Origin: an uncultured bacterium
GTDB taxonomy: Bacteria; JAUVQV01; CAWCAY01
DNA length: 64,000 nt
Direction: 5' to 3'
NCBI GenBank assembly: GCA_963793725.1
Contig: CAWCAY010000004.1
Location: 113,295-177,294 of the forward strand
The notes under the pieces were generated by a model, which ran no database searches, was not told the DNA's origin, and saw only the letters and a list, made by a program, of their open reading frames with translations. Numbering within the stretch: position 1 is the first letter of the stretch; each line of letters begins with the position of its first letter. Of this stretch, positions 26,268 to 38,545 are shown piece by piece. Both the position numbers and the translations under genes were made by a program.

Positions 26268-28061
26268 ATGGCATTGCGTCTCGGCGAAATACTGATCAAG
26301 GAAGGCCGTATCACCCAGGAACAGCTCACCAAGGCCCTGGAGGATCAAAAACGGGGCGGCGGGCGGCTGGGGTACCACCTGGTGAAGCTCAACTTCATCA
26401 GCGAGGAGGACATCACCAAGGTCCTGAGCCGCCAGTTCGGCATTCCGGCCATCAGCCTGGCGACCTACAAGATCGACCCTGAAGTGCTCAAGATCATTCC
26501 CGCCGACGTGGCCAAGAAATACATGGTCCTGCCCGTCCACCGCGTCGGCCCGACGCTCACCCTGGCCATGACCGATCCCTCCAACGTCTTCGCCATCGAC
26601 GACATCAAGTTCATGAGCGGCCTGAACGTCGAGCCGGTCGTGGCCACCGAGATGTCCATCATCGAGTCGATCAAGAAATACTACGGCGGCAGCGGGGGGG
26701 GGATCGAGCAGGTCAAGGACAAGGCGGCCATCGACGCCACCGAGTTCACCATGGAGGACATCGAGGACAACCCCTTCGAGGAGATGGAGGAGGGGCCGGT
26801 GGTGGACGTGGACGACTTCGACTCGCTGGTCAGCGACGCGGCCACCGATATCGACGTGGTCGAGGAGGAGGAGGAGAAACTCTCCGGCGACGTCGAGGCC
26901 CCGATCGTCAAACTGGTCAACGGCATCCTCATCAAGGCCATCAAGCTCGGCTGCAGTGACATCCACATCGAGTGCTACGAGAAGACCTTCCGGGTCCGCT
27001 ACCGTCTCGACGGGGTGTTGCGGACGGCCATGAACCTGCCGATGAAGATCAAGAACGCGGTCATTTCGCGCATCAAGATCATGTCCCGGCTGGACATCGC
27101 CGAGCGCCGCCTCCCGCAGGACGGCCGCATCAAGCTGAAGCTGGGCAGGAAGAAGGACATGGACTTCCGGGTCTCGGTCCTGCCGTGCCTCTTCGGCGAG
27201 AAGGTGGTCATGCGTCTGCTCGACAAGTCGAACCTACAGCTCGACATGACCAAGCTGGGCTTCGAGGAGAAGGCGCTGGCCGACTTCCAGGCGGCCATCC
27301 ACCGGCCTTTCGGCATGGTCCTGGTCACCGGGCCCACCGGCTCGGGGAAGACCACCACCCTCTATTCGGCCCTCCACCAGCTCAACCAGGTGTCCGAGAA
27401 CATCATGACCGCCGAGGATCCGGTCGAGTTCAACCTGACCGGCATCAACCAGGTGCAGATGCACGACGAGATCGGGCTCAACTTCGCCGCCGCGCTGCGG
27501 TCGTTCCTCCGGCAGGATCCGGACATCATCATGGTGGGCGAGATCCGCGACTACGAGACGGCCGAGATCGGCGTCAAGGCCGCCCTCACCGGACACATGG
27601 TCCTCTCCACGCTGCACACCAACGACGCCCCCAGCACCATCAACCGGCTGCTCAACATGGGCATCGAGCCCTTCCTGGTGGCTTCCTCGGTGGTCCTGAT
27701 CGGGGCCCAGCGCCTGGCCCGCAAGGTGTGCTCGAACTGCAAGGAGGAGATCAAGATCAATCCCCAGGCCCTGATCGAGGTCGGCTTCTCGCCCGAGGAG
27801 GCCGAGACGATGAAGACCTACAAGGGGCGCGGGTGCGTGACGTGCTCCAACACAGGGTACAAGGGGCGCATCGCGCTGTACGAGGTGATGCCCATCAGCG
27901 AGCGCCTCAAGGAGTTGATCCTGCAGGGCGCGCCGGCCACCGAGATCAAGAACGCGGCCATCGAGGAAGGCATGATGTCGCTCCGGATGAGCGGGTTGGA
28001 GAAGATCAAGATAGGCATGACCACCCCCGAGGAAGTCTTGCGGGTTACCGTGGGAGACTAG
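26268..28061 (+). CDS. pilB: Type IV pilus extension ATPase with N-terminal MshEN-like motif
   Basis: RLGEILIKEGRITQEQL...RLG; RLDIAERRLPQDGR; GPTGSGKTTT; LRQDPDIIMVGEIRD; Zn-binding Cys pairs. Confidence 0.96.
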   Translation: MALRLGEILIKEGRITQEQLTKALEDQKRGGGRLGYHLVKLNFISEEDITKVLSRQFGIPAISLATYKIDPEVLKIIPADVAKKYMVLPVHRVGPTLTLAMTDPSNVFAIDDIKFMSGLNVEPVVATEMSIIESIKKYYGGSGGGIEQVKDKAAIDATEFTMEDIEDNPFEEMEEGPVVDVDDFDSLVSDAATDIDVVEEEEEKLSGDVEAPIVKLVNGILIKAIKLGCSDIHIECYEKTFRVRYRLDGVLRTAMNLPMKIKNAVISRIKIMSRLDIAERRLPQDGRIKLKLGRKKDMDFRVSVLPCLFGEKVVMRLLDKSNLQLDMTKLGFEEKALADFQAAIHRPFGMVLVTGPTGSGKTTTLYSALHQLNQVSENIMTAEDPVEFNLTGINQVQMHDEIGLNFAAALRSFLRQDPDIIMVGEIRDYETAEIGVKAALTGHMVLSTLHTNDAPSTINRLLNMGIEPFLVASSVVLIGAQRLARKVCSNCKEEIKINPQALIEVGFSPEEAETMKTYKGRGCVTCSNTGYKGRIALYEVMPISERLKELILQGAPATEIKNAAIEEGMMSLRMSGLEKIKIGMTTPEEVLRVTVGD

Positions 28062-28064
28062 ACG

Positions 28065-29194
<1,130 letters not shown>

Positions 29195-29243
29195 ATGACG
29201 CCGCGCGGCGAGACCAGGATTCGCTGAGCACAAGGAGAACGAC

Positions 29244-30452
29244 ATGGCCGTCTTCAAATATATCGGCAAGGCGCGTGACGGTTCCGAGAAGAAGGGTGAA
29301 GTGGAGGCCGTGAACCAGGAGGCGGTGCTCGTTCAGCTCCGCCGCATGGGCATCAACCCGAGCAGCGTCAAGCCGAAGGCGGCGGAGTTCAACCTGAGCA
29401 TGCCGGGCTTCCTTTCCAGCGTCAGCGAGAAGGACTTGGTCACCTTCACCCGGCAGTTCGCCACCATGATTGACGCCGGCCTGCCGCTCGTGCAGTGCCT
29501 GGAGATCCTCGGCTCGCAGACGGAGAACAAGACCTTCGCCAACGCCATCGTCAAGGTGCGCGGCGACGTCGAGGGCGGGTCGACCTTCGCCGATGCCCTC
29601 AAGCGCCACCCCAGGATATTCGACGACCTGTACTCCAACATGGTCGCCGCCGGCGAGGCGGGCGGCATTCTGGACACCATCCTGAACCGGCTGGCGGTCT
29701 ACATCGAGAAGAACGTTGCCCTGAAGAAGAAGATCAAGGGCGCCATGACCTACCCGACCATCGTCATGGTCATCGCCGTCGGCGTCGTAGCGATCATGCT
29801 GATCTTCGTCATCCCGTCGTTCGCCAAGATGTTCACCGACTTCGGCGGCCAGCTCCCGGGGCCGACCCAGATCGTGCTCAACCTGAGCAACATCTTCGTC
29901 AAGTGGTGGTGGCTGATCGGCCTGGGCATCGCCCTGCCGATCATCGGCATCAAGCAGATCTACCGCACCAACCGGGGGCGGGAGATCATGGACGACATGT
30001 TCCTCAGGCTGCCGGTGGTCGGCATCCTGATCCGCAAGGTGGCCGTGGCCAAGTTCACCCGCACCCTGTCGACGCTGATCACCAGCGGCATCCCCATCCT
30101 CGAGGGACTCGACATCGTGGCCAGGACGGCCGGGAACAAGACCGTCGAGAAGGCCATCATCAAGACCAAGCAGGGCATTTCGGAAGGGAAGACCATCGCC
30201 GAGCCGCTGAAACAGACCAACGTCTTCCCGCCCATGGTGGTCCAGATGATCAGCGTCGGCGAGGCAGCCGGCGCCCTCGACACCATGCTGGCGAAGATCG
30301 CCGACTTCTACGACGAGGAGGTCGATTCGGCCGTCGGAGCCCTGACCTCCATGCTGGAGCCGATCCTGATGGTCTTCCTGGGCGTGACCCTCGGCTTCAT
30401 GGTCATCGCCATGTACCTGCCGGTCTTCAAGCTGGCCTCGGCCATCGGCTGA
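29244..30452 (+). CDS. pilC: Type IV pilus platform protein (GspF family)
   Basis: FTRQFATMIDAGLPL, GEAGGILD, AMTYP, MLEP, MYLPVF. Confidence 0.96.
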   Translation: MAVFKYIGKARDGSEKKGEVEAVNQEAVLVQLRRMGINPSSVKPKAAEFNLSMPGFLSSVSEKDLVTFTRQFATMIDAGLPLVQCLEILGSQTENKTFANAIVKVRGDVEGGSTFADALKRHPRIFDDLYSNMVAAGEAGGILDTILNRLAVYIEKNVALKKKIKGAMTYPTIVMVIAVGVVAIMLIFVIPSFAKMFTDFGGQLPGPTQIVLNLSNIFVKWWWLIGLGIALPIIGIKQIYRTNRGREIMDDMFLRLPVVGILIRKVAVAKFTRTLSTLITSGIPILEGLDIVARTAGNKTVEKAIIKTKQGISEGKTIAEPLKQTNVFPPMVVQMISVGEAAGALDTMLAKIADFYDEEVDSAVGALTSMLEPILMVFLGVTLGFMVIAMYLPVFKLASAIG

Positions 30453-30471
30453 TCCGGGCCGGCCTGGCGGC

Positions 30472-32166
30472 ATGAAACGGGGCGTCGAGGTCGTCCCTCC
30501 CCGGGTGATGTGGCTGATCACCCTGCGGATGATCCTGGTCACGTTCATCCTCTTCCTGACCGCGTTCATGCACATGCGGGGGATGCGCGACTACGTTCCC
30601 CACCAGTTCCGCGGCCTTTACATCATCGCCGGTTCGGCCTACCTCGAGACCGCCCTGGCAGTCTTCCTGCACGCGCGGGGCCAGGGTCGCTTCTTCCCGC
30701 CCTACGCCCAGTTGATGCTCGACAACCTGCTTATCGCGGCGATAATCCTGGTGACCGACGGGGTCGACAGCATCTTCTCGGTCCTCTTCTTCTTCACCGC
30801 CATCGCCGGGAGCATCCTTTACTACCGCCGGGGGGGGCTGTGGATCGCGCTGCAAGGGTCGGCAGTTTACATCGTAGCCATACTGGTCCCTTTCCTGCAC
30901 CCCCTCTGGCCGCTGCTCGACCTGGGGGAGAGGTACGGCCAGGAGAGCGTCCTGTCGGTGCTCTACCGGGGCACGGTCAACACCACCGCCTTCCTGATGG
31001 TGTCGCTGCTCTCGAGCTACCTGTCGGAATCGCTGCGCCGGGCCAAGGAAAGCCTGCGTGCCAGGGAAAGCGATCTGGCCGAACTGCAGTCCCTGTACCA
31101 GAACATCGTCCGGAACATCGCCACCGGCCTCATCACCACCGACCTGAGCCGGCGGATCATCTCCTTCAACCGGGCGGCCGAGAAGATCACCGGACGGCTG
31201 GCCGCGGATTGCCTGTACCGGGACCTCCTGAGCGTCTTCCGGCTGCCCGAGGGGAAGAATCCCTATGCCTATCGATGGGTCCCCGGGGAGGGTGGCTGGC
31301 GGTGCGAGGGGGGGCTGCACGCCTTCCCCTCGACCATCCTGGGGATGACCTTTTCGCCGCTGCGGAACGAGGAAGGCGAGATGAACGGCATCATCTGCTC
31401 GTTCCAGGACCTCACCAAGATGCGGAAGATGGAGGAGGCGGTCAAGCGGAGCGACCGGCTGGCGGCGGTGGGGGAGATGGCCGCGGGCGTGGCCCACGAG
31501 ATACGCAACCCCCTGGCGAGCATCAGCGGTTCGATCCAGCTCCTGCGGGGGGACATGCCGGACGATGTGCAGTCGAAGCGGCTCATGGAGATCGTCATCT
31601 CCGAGACCGAGCGGCTCAACCGGATCATCACCGACTTTCTCCTCTTCGCCACGCCTCGCCCGCCCAAGTGGGAGGAGATCAAGACGCGGCGCCTGATCGA
31701 GGAGACGCTGACTCTGGTGGCCACGCACCCGGACGTCACCTCCGGGCACCGGTTCGAGATCGTCGAGTCGGAGGCGCCCGGCCCGGTCAGAGGTGATCCC
31801 CAGATGCTGCGTCAGGCCTTCTGGAACCTGACCATCAACGCCGTTCAGGCGATGGCCGAGGGGGGGGTGCTGGAGATCAGGATCGGCCGGAGCGACGGCC
31901 CCCAGGGCGGGGAGCATCAAAGCGAGTTCCTGATGGTCGAATTCGCCGACACCGGAACCGGAGTCTCGCGGGAGAACATGGACAAGCTTTTCACCCCGTT
32001 CTTCTCCACCAAGGAGAGGGGGACGGGGCTCGGGCTGTCGATCGTCTACAAGATCGTGGAGCAGCACCGGGGGGCGACCGAGATAGAAGGCCGCCCCGGC
32101 GGCGGCACACTGGTCAGGATATTGCTCCCGGCGGGCGCCGAGGGCCTGCCGGAGGGGGAGGGGTAG
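30472..32166 (+). CDS. pilS: PilS-like membrane sensor histidine kinase
   Basis: About 6 TM, PAS-like region, AHEIRNPL, N-box NAVQAM, DTGTG, FTPFFSTK, GTGLGL; position after pilC. Confidence 0.85.
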   Translation: MKRGVEVVPPRVMWLITLRMILVTFILFLTAFMHMRGMRDYVPHQFRGLYIIAGSAYLETALAVFLHARGQGRFFPPYAQLMLDNLLIAAIILVTDGVDSIFSVLFFFTAIAGSILYYRRGGLWIALQGSAVYIVAILVPFLHPLWPLLDLGERYGQESVLSVLYRGTVNTTAFLMVSLLSSYLSESLRRAKESLRARESDLAELQSLYQNIVRNIATGLITTDLSRRIISFNRAAEKITGRLAADCLYRDLLSVFRLPEGKNPYAYRWVPGEGGWRCEGGLHAFPSTILGMTFSPLRNEEGEMNGIICSFQDLTKMRKMEEAVKRSDRLAAVGEMAAGVAHEIRNPLASISGSIQLLRGDMPDDVQSKRLMEIVISETERLNRIITDFLLFATPRPPKWEEIKTRRLIEETLTLVATHPDVTSGHRFEIVESEAPGPVRGDPQMLRQAFWNLTINAVQAMAEGGVLEIRIGRSDGPQGGEHQSEFLMVEFADTGTGVSRENMDKLFTPFFSTKERGTGLGLSIVYKIVEQHRGATEIEGRPGGGTLVRILLPAGAEGLPEGEG

Positions 32167-32169
32167 GGT

Positions 32170-33537
32170 ATGGACGACACGAGGGTGCTGGCCATCGACG
32201 ACGAGAAGGGGATGCGGGATCTATTGACCATCATCCTGCAGAAGGAGGGCCTCCCGGCCGACGTGGCCGGCACCCGGACCGAGGTGGAGCGCCTGCTGGG
32301 CGAGCACCGCTACACCCTGATCATCTCCGACATCAAGATGGCGGGCATGTCGGGGATAGACGTGCTGCGCTCGGTCAGGGAGCGCACGCCCGAGACGAAG
32401 GTCATCCTGATAACCGCCTACGCCTCGACCGAGACGGCCATCGAGGCCATGAAGCTGGGCGCCTACGAGTACATCACCAAGCCCTTCGATGTCGACGAGA
32501 TGCGCCGCCTGATCCGGTCCGCCCTGCAGCACGAGGCCGGCGAGTCGATCGCCCGCGAGATCAAGACCCAGGTGACGACCGACTACATCGTCGGCGACTC
32601 GCGGGGCATCCTGGAGATCTGCAAGACGATCGGCCGGATCGCCGCCCGCAAGATCACCGTGGTCATCCAGGGGGAGAGCGGCACCGGCAAGGAACTGATC
32701 GCCCGGGCCATCCATTACAACAGCGACCGGAAGGCCATGCCGTTCATCAGCGTCAACTGCGGCGCCTTGACCGACACCCTGCTCGAGAGCGAGCTCTTCG
32801 GCCACGTCAAGGGGGCCTTCACCGGGGCCATATCGGACAAGAAGGGCCTTTTCGAGGCTGCCCACGGCGGGACGCTCTTCCTCGACGAGATCAGCGAGAC
32901 GAGCAAGGGCTTCCAGGTCAAGCTCCTGCGCGTGCTACAGGAGGGGACGGTCAAGCGGGTCGGCGACACCCGCGACATACCGGTCGACGTCCGGATCATC
33001 GCCGCCACCAACCGCGACCCGGACAGGCTGGTGCGGGAGGGCGCCCTCCGCGAGGACCTCTACTTCCGCCTCAACGTCATTTCCCTGCGGGTCCCGGCCC
33101 TGCGGGAGCGCCCCGAGGACATCCCCAAACTGGTTGACTACTTCATCCACAAGTACCGCCGGCAGGATGACCCGATGCGCTTCAACGGGGAAGCCATGAG
33201 CCTGCTGCAGCGGTACCATTGGCCGGGGAATGTCCGGGAACTGGAGAACGTTGTCGAGCGCGCCATGGCCGTGGCCGGGAGCGAGGCGATCGGCCCGGAG
33301 GCCCTGCCGGCGTCGATCTCGGCGGGCGAAATCCCGGACGCGACGGAACCGGCGGGAGTGGTCATGCCGCCGGGCTTCGATCTCGAGGCACACCTGGAGG
33401 GGATCGAGCGGGGCTACCTTCGGGCCGCCCTGGAGCGGGCCGAGGGAAACCGCCAGGAAGCCGCGGCCCTGCTCGGCATCTCGCTCCGGTCGCTGCGGTA
33501 CCGGCTGGACAAGCTGCGGTTCGAGTCGCGGGATTGA
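32170..33537 (+). CDS. pilR: PilR-like sigma54-dependent response regulator
   Basis: Receiver domain, GESGTGKELIA, GAFTGA, FLDEI, WPGNVREL, C-terminal Fis-like HTH. Confidence 0.88.
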   Translation: MDDTRVLAIDDEKGMRDLLTIILQKEGLPADVAGTRTEVERLLGEHRYTLIISDIKMAGMSGIDVLRSVRERTPETKVILITAYASTETAIEAMKLGAYEYITKPFDVDEMRRLIRSALQHEAGESIAREIKTQVTTDYIVGDSRGILEICKTIGRIAARKITVVIQGESGTGKELIARAIHYNSDRKAMPFISVNCGALTDTLLESELFGHVKGAFTGAISDKKGLFEAAHGGTLFLDEISETSKGFQVKLLRVLQEGTVKRVGDTRDIPVDVRIIAATNRDPDRLVREGALREDLYFRLNVISLRVPALRERPEDIPKLVDYFIHKYRRQDDPMRFNGEAMSLLQRYHWPGNVRELENVVERAMAVAGSEAIGPEALPASISAGEIPDATEPAGVVMPPGFDLEAHLEGIERGYLRAALERAEGNRQEAAALLGISLRSLRYRLDKLRFESRD

Positions 33538-33623
33538 CCGCGGCGCGAACCGCGGAGTCTCACGCCGGCCGAATCGGGGTATAATCCGGAATGCTGGCCA
33601 AAGGCATCGATGAGGAGACGGAC

Positions 33624-34106
33624 ATGGAACTGCAGGTCGTCGGAATAGACACGCCGGAGGACGTCAACGTCATCGCCGGCCAGGCGCATTTCATCAAGAC
33701 CGTCGAGGACCTGCACGAGGTGATGGCCCAGGCGGCCCCGCAGTCCTCTTTCGGGATCGCCTTCTGCGAGTCCTCGGGCCCGGCGCTGATCCGCCTATCG
33801 GGGAATGACCAGGGCATGACCGACCTGGCCCGCGACTGGGCCGCCCGGCTCGCCGCCGGGCACGTCTTCGTTATCTGCATGTGCGGCGTCTTCCCGGTGG
33901 CGGTGCTCAACGCCGTCAAGGCCGTGCCCGAGGTGTGCGGCATCTACTGCGCCACCGCCAGTCCGGTCCAGTTCGTCGTCGCCGTGACCGACCAGGGGCG
34001 CGGGGTGATGGGGGTGATCGACGGCGTGGCCAGCAGGGGAGTGGAGACCGAAGACGACCGGCGGTCGCGGCATGAACTGCTGCGCAGGTTCGGATACAAA
34101 CTCTGA
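33624..34106 (+). CDS. Adenosine-specific kinase-like protein (DUF355 family)
   Basis: NVIAGQAHFIKTVEDLHE, FGIAFCESSG, FPVAVLNAVK, RGVMGVIDG; GAGGAG before ATG 33624 (alternative start 33591). Confidence 0.85.
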   Translation: MELQVVGIDTPEDVNVIAGQAHFIKTVEDLHEVMAQAAPQSSFGIAFCESSGPALIRLSGNDQGMTDLARDWAARLAAGHVFVICMCGVFPVAVLNAVKAVPEVCGIYCATASPVQFVVAVTDQGRGVMGVIDGVASRGVETEDDRRSRHELLRRFGYKL

Positions 34107-34154
34107 CCGGGAGCGCGGTTGGCACTGATTGACATCATCGAGGGAGGGAGACAG

Positions 34155-34514
34155 ATGGTCCAAGGGCAGAGGGGCGGCATCAACATCGGGTGCATACTGG
34201 GGGTGGTGGCCGTGGTGCTGGGCGGGTGGCACGCCTTCCTCTTCGGCATACCCTACCTGAACAAGGAGAAGTTCGAGGACAAGCTCTTCGAGCAGGCCGA
34301 GTTCGTTTTCCACTATCCCGAGGAAGAGATTCTGAAGATGGTCAAGGACACGGCCATCGAGTGCGACATCCCGCTGGACGAGGAGCGGGTCAAGATCCGC
34401 CAGACGCCGTCGGAGATCTTCATCAACGTTTCCTGGGACGTGCCGGTGAAGACCTTCGTGATCGACAAGACGATGACCTACAAGATCGAGGTGCAGCGCT
34501 ATTTCTCCCGGTAG
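34155..34514 (+). CDS. Small single-anchor membrane protein, DUF4845-like / pilin-like leader
   Basis: GGAGG upstream; MVQGQRG followed by a hydrophobic helix and a small globular domain. Confidence 0.6.
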   Translation: MVQGQRGGINIGCILGVVAVVLGGWHAFLFGIPYLNKEKFEDKLFEQAEFVFHYPEEEILKMVKDTAIECDIPLDEERVKIRQTPSEIFINVSWDVPVKTFVIDKTMTYKIEVQRYFSR

Positions 34515-34533
34515 GACGGCCGGGCCGCGCCGG

Positions 34534-35853
34534 GTGTGTCCCGAATCCCCCGGCGGGATGGCGCGCTTCCTCCTGGCGTTGCAGCATGCCCGCGGCATCC
34601 GCCCCGGCACGGCCAGGATGGACGCTTGCCTGCGGCGCCTCGGCTCGCCGCAAGCGGCCTTCGCCACCGTCCACGTGGTCGGCACCAAGGGGAAGGGGAG
34701 CACCGCGGCCATGCTCCACGCCATCCTGCGGGCCCAGGGAATCGTCGCCGCGCTGTACACCTCGCCCCATCTGATCGACTTCACCGAGCGCTTTCGTGTC
34801 GGGGACGCCGACGTCTCCTGGGACGACCTGGCTGCCGCGTTCTGGGAGGTCCACCTGGCCACCCGGGGAGGGGCCGACCCCCCGCTGACGTTCTTCGAGT
34901 GGTGCACCGCCATGGCTTTCGTGCTGTTCGCCCGTCGCGGGGTGAAGGTGGCGGTCGTCGAAGCCGGCATGGGGGGGCGCTGGGATGCCACCCGGTCGGC
35001 GGCCGGCCAACTGGTGCTGGTCACCAGGATCGGCCTCGACCACACCGAGCAACTCGGGACGGACCCCGGAGCGGATCGCCATCGAGAAGGCGAGCATCAT
35101 GGCTCCCGGGGCGACCGTCCTGACGGCCCGTCAACTGCCGGCGTCGAGAACGTCATCGCCGCGTCGTTCGCCGGCGGGGGGGCGCCGCCGGCCCGCCGAT
35201 TCGATTTGCAGCGCGGTCCCGCACGGCACCGACTTAGCGGTGTCTGCTTCGATCCCTGCTTGCGGGGGCGGGCGCCTGTCCCGGCTCCAATCCCCCTTCC
35301 GGGGCTCCACCAGGCGGGCAACGCGGCCCTGGCCGCGGCCGGGGCGCCAGGGTCCTCGCGGAGCGGGGAACCGCCATCGGCGAGGAGGCGATCCGGGCCG
35401 GCCTGGCCACCGTTCGGTGGCCCGGAAGGCTGGAGACCTGGGCGACGGACCGGGAGTGCTGCTGGACGGGGCCCACAACCGCGACAGCGCCGAGGTCCTG
35501 GCCGCCTTCCTGGCCGAGGCCTTCCCCGGCGAGCGCCTGGCGCTCGTCCTGGGGATTCTGGCCGACAAGGACGTCCGGGCCATCCTGGGCGCCCTGGGCC
35601 GCCTGCCGGTGCGTTGTACGCCGCGCCCTGCCCCAATCCGAGGACGCTCCCGGCGGAGGTCCTGGCCGCCGAGGCGAGGAAGGCCGGCCTGCCGGTGGCC
35701 GGTGTCCACCGGAGCGTGACCGCGGCCCTCGATGCGGCCCGGCTGCATGCGGGAGGGGCGGCGCCGGTGGTCGTCACCGGGTCGCTCTACGCCGTGGCCG
35801 AGGCCCGGGCGCGCCTGCTGGGGAGGACCATTCCGCACCCCTTCGCCCAGTGA
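34534..35853 (+). CDS. folC: Bifunctional folylpolyglutamate synthase / dihydrofolate synthase; several apparent frameshifts (about 35070-35630)
   Basis: HVVGTKGKGST, YTSPHLIDFTERF, TFFE, EAGMGGRWDAT, IGLDH, IAIEKA, LDGAHN, LADKD, VTGSLYAV across frames. Confidence 0.9.
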   Translation: MCPESPGGMARFLLALQHARGIRPGTARMDACLRRLGSPQAAFATVHVVGTKGKGSTAAMLHAILRAQGIVAALYTSPHLIDFTERFRVGDADVSWDDLAAAFWEVHLATRGGADPPLTFFEWCTAMAFVLFARRGVKVAVVEAGMGGRWDATRSAAGQLVLVTRIGLDHTEQLGTDPGADRHREGEHHGSRGDRPDGPSTAGVENVIAASFAGGGAPPARRFDLQRGPARHRLSGVCFDPCLRGRAPVPAPIPLPGLHQAGNAALAAAGAPGSSRSGEPPSARRRSGPAWPPFGGPEGWRPGRRTGSAAGRGPQPRQRRGPGRLPGRGLPRRAPGARPGDSGRQGRPGHPGRPGPPAGALYAAPCPNPRTLPAEVLAAEARKAGLPVAGVHRSVTAALDAARLHAGGAAPVVVTGSLYAVAEARARLLGRTIPHPFAQ

Positions 35854-35962
35854 TGAAGACCATCCCGCCGGCCGCCGGCCTTGCCACGAGCGTGCCTCCT
35901 GTGGTAGAAAGGCGGCGTTTCCGGCATCCGGCCGGGGAAGTGTCGATCACAGCGGGAAACTC

Positions 35963-38051
35963 ATGCTCCGTCTCGGGATCACTTTCATCGTCATCGCTTG
36001 CCTGATGGCGCCGATCGCCGTGTCGTCGGCGGCCCTCGGCGCGGGTCTGCCCGACATCCAGGGGGTTGTTTCCGCGGCCGACAAGGTCGAGGTGCTCGCC
36101 GACCGGATCAGCCGCGACGCGGTGACGGGCCTGGTCGTGGCCGAGGGGGCGGTGGAGATAAGGACCGGCGAGGATCGTCCTGAAGGCCGACCGGATCGAG
36201 ATGGACGAGCGGACGATGATCGTCAGGGCCACCGGCTCGGCCGTGCTGGACGCCGGCGACAGCCGTCTCCAGGGCGAGTCGCTGGAGGTGAACCTGAAGA
36301 CCGAGCTGGGCGCGGTCACCGGCGGGGAGGGATTCGCCCAGGAGTACTACTTCTCCGGCGACCGGATCGAGCGGATCGACGCCGAGCGCTTCCGGGTGAC
36401 CAACGGCAGCTTCACCGCCTGCGAGGGGGCGTCCCCCGCCTGGTCGTTCCACTCCCCCGACACCCTGGTGCATCTCGACAACTACATCTACTCCTGGCAC
36501 CCGAACCTGCGGGTCAAAGGGGTGCCGGTCTTCTACATCCCGTATGCCATCGTCCCGATCAAGCCCTCCCGGGCGACGGGCCTGCTGATCCCCCGCGTCA
36601 ACTACGGCAGCAAGGACGGATTCGTCTACGGGCAGGATCTCTTCTGGGCCCTGACCGACTCGGCCGACGTGACCATCGGCTTCGACTACTACCAAGAGCG
36701 GGGCGTGCGCTACGGCCTGGAGGGGAACTACGTCATCGACCAGGGGAGCAAGGGGATGCTGACCACTTCCTACATCCGGGACCGGACCGTCGCCGAGGAG
36801 CAGGAGCGCTGGAACGTCTCCTTCGACCACCAGCACGACCTGCCGTGGGGCATCCGCGGGCTGGTTGACGTCGACTACCAGAGCGACAACAACTACCAGC
36901 GGGATTACGCCGTCGATCTCGCGGACGTGGCCGAGGAGCGCCTGAACTCGGCCCTGTCGTTGACCCGCTCCTTCGGCGCGGTCACCGCCACCCTCTCGGC
37001 CGAATGGCAGAGGAGCCTCACCTGGGAAGAGGACGGGACCGACAAGGACTCGTCCCTCACCCGGGCGCCCTCGCTGTCGGTCAGCCGTCCGGACGGGCGC
37101 ATCGGCGACACTCCGGTCCACTACTCCTTCAAGTTCCAGGGTATCGGCCTCAAGAGCGTCAAGGAGGAAGTCACCCAGGAAACCGACCGATACGACGGCT
37201 CGGGGCGCGTGTCGCTGCCGGTCGACGTGCAGGCGTGGGCCACCGTCACCCCTTCGATGGGGCTCCAGGTACACCTACTACACCAGGGACCTCGAGGGGG
37301 AGACAGCCGACCGCTTCCTGTACAACCCGAAGTTCGACCTGGTGGGGCCGCGGCTCTATCGCATCTACGGCGCCGAAGGGGCCAAGGCCGCGATTCAAGC
37401 ACTTGCTCTACCCGGGGGTCACCTACAGCTATCTGCCCGACGTCGACCAGACATCCCAGCCGAGCTTCGACGGCACCGACCGGATCGGGGCGACGAACGC
37501 CGTCACCTACCGGCTGGTCAACCAGGTCATGGGGAAGTTCACCGACGCCGACGGGAAGAGCTCGCTGCGCGACGTCCTGCGGATGGACATCTCCCAGCGG
37601 TACGACTTCGACGCCGCCCCCGGCGCCGACGGCAAGTCCCGTCCGATGGGTGATGTCACGGCGAACCTGGACGCCAGCCCGCTCGACTGGCTGACCTTGG
37701 AAGGGAATTTCGGCTATGATGTCAACCAGGGGAGATACGACCACGATGAACTACGGTTTCAAGATGGCCGGGGCGGACATCGGCACGTTGTCGTTAAGCC
37801 GCCGCCACTCGACCGGGCAGACAGTCGACTACCTCGAGGCGGGCGCGACCATCACGCCCGGCCGCTGGAAACTCTCGTACACCGGCAGGTACGACCTGGC
37901 CGGCTCGGTCTTCGTCGAGCAGACGGCCGAGGCTGTCTACACGGCGCAGTGCTGGGACGCCACCGTCACCTACATCGACCGGGAGGACGACTACCAGTTC
38001 CGGTTCCTGCTGAGTCTGAAGAACATCGGCCAAGTCATCAGCTTGCGATAA
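35963..38051 (+). CDS. lptD: LPS-assembly outer-membrane protein LptD; about three apparent frameshifts
   Basis: Signal peptide, OstA-like domain (ADRI, AEGAVEI), FTACE, GVPVFYIPY, TGLLIP, beta-barrel strands, CWDA, C-terminal FRFLLSLKNIG. Confidence 0.85.
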
Positions 38052-38076
38052 TCACCAACACCGGGGAGGGCACGGA

Positions 38077-38539
38077 ATGCCGCTGATCGATGGCGTGAGG
38101 GTCAAGAAACTGAAGGTCATTCCCGACGAGCGGGGCCGGGTGATGGAGATGCTCCGCTGCGACGACGAGGAGTTCATGGCCTTCGGCCAGGTCTACATGA
38201 CCACCGCCTACCCGGGCGTGGTCAAGGCGTGGCACTACCACCGCAAGCAGACCGACTTCTTCTGCTGCGTCGCTGGGGATGATGAAGCTGGTGCTGTACG
38301 ACGACCGCGAGGGCTCGGCCACCCGGGGGATGTTCAACGAGTTCTTCCTGGGCGAGCACAACGCCAGCCTGGTGGTCATTCCGCCGATGATCCACCACGG
38401 CTTCAAGTGCATCAGCGCCACCGAGGCGCTGGTGGTCAACATCCCGAGCCTGCCGTACGACCGCCAGACGCCCGACGAGTACCGGCAGCCGGCGCACGGC
38501 GGCGACATCCCCTACGACTGGTCGAGAAAGGACGGGTAG
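38077..38539 (+). CDS. rfbC: dTDP-4-dehydrorhamnose 3,5-epimerase (cupin); one apparent frameshift near 38275
   Basis: DERG, GVVKAWHYH, Q-D-F, HHGFK. Confidence 0.85.
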
Positions 38540-38545
38540 GCCACC

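Noticed and set aside
34119-34133. TTGGCACTGATTGAC as a sigma54 promoter for PilR
   Set aside because: No GC dinucleotide at the required -12 spacing.
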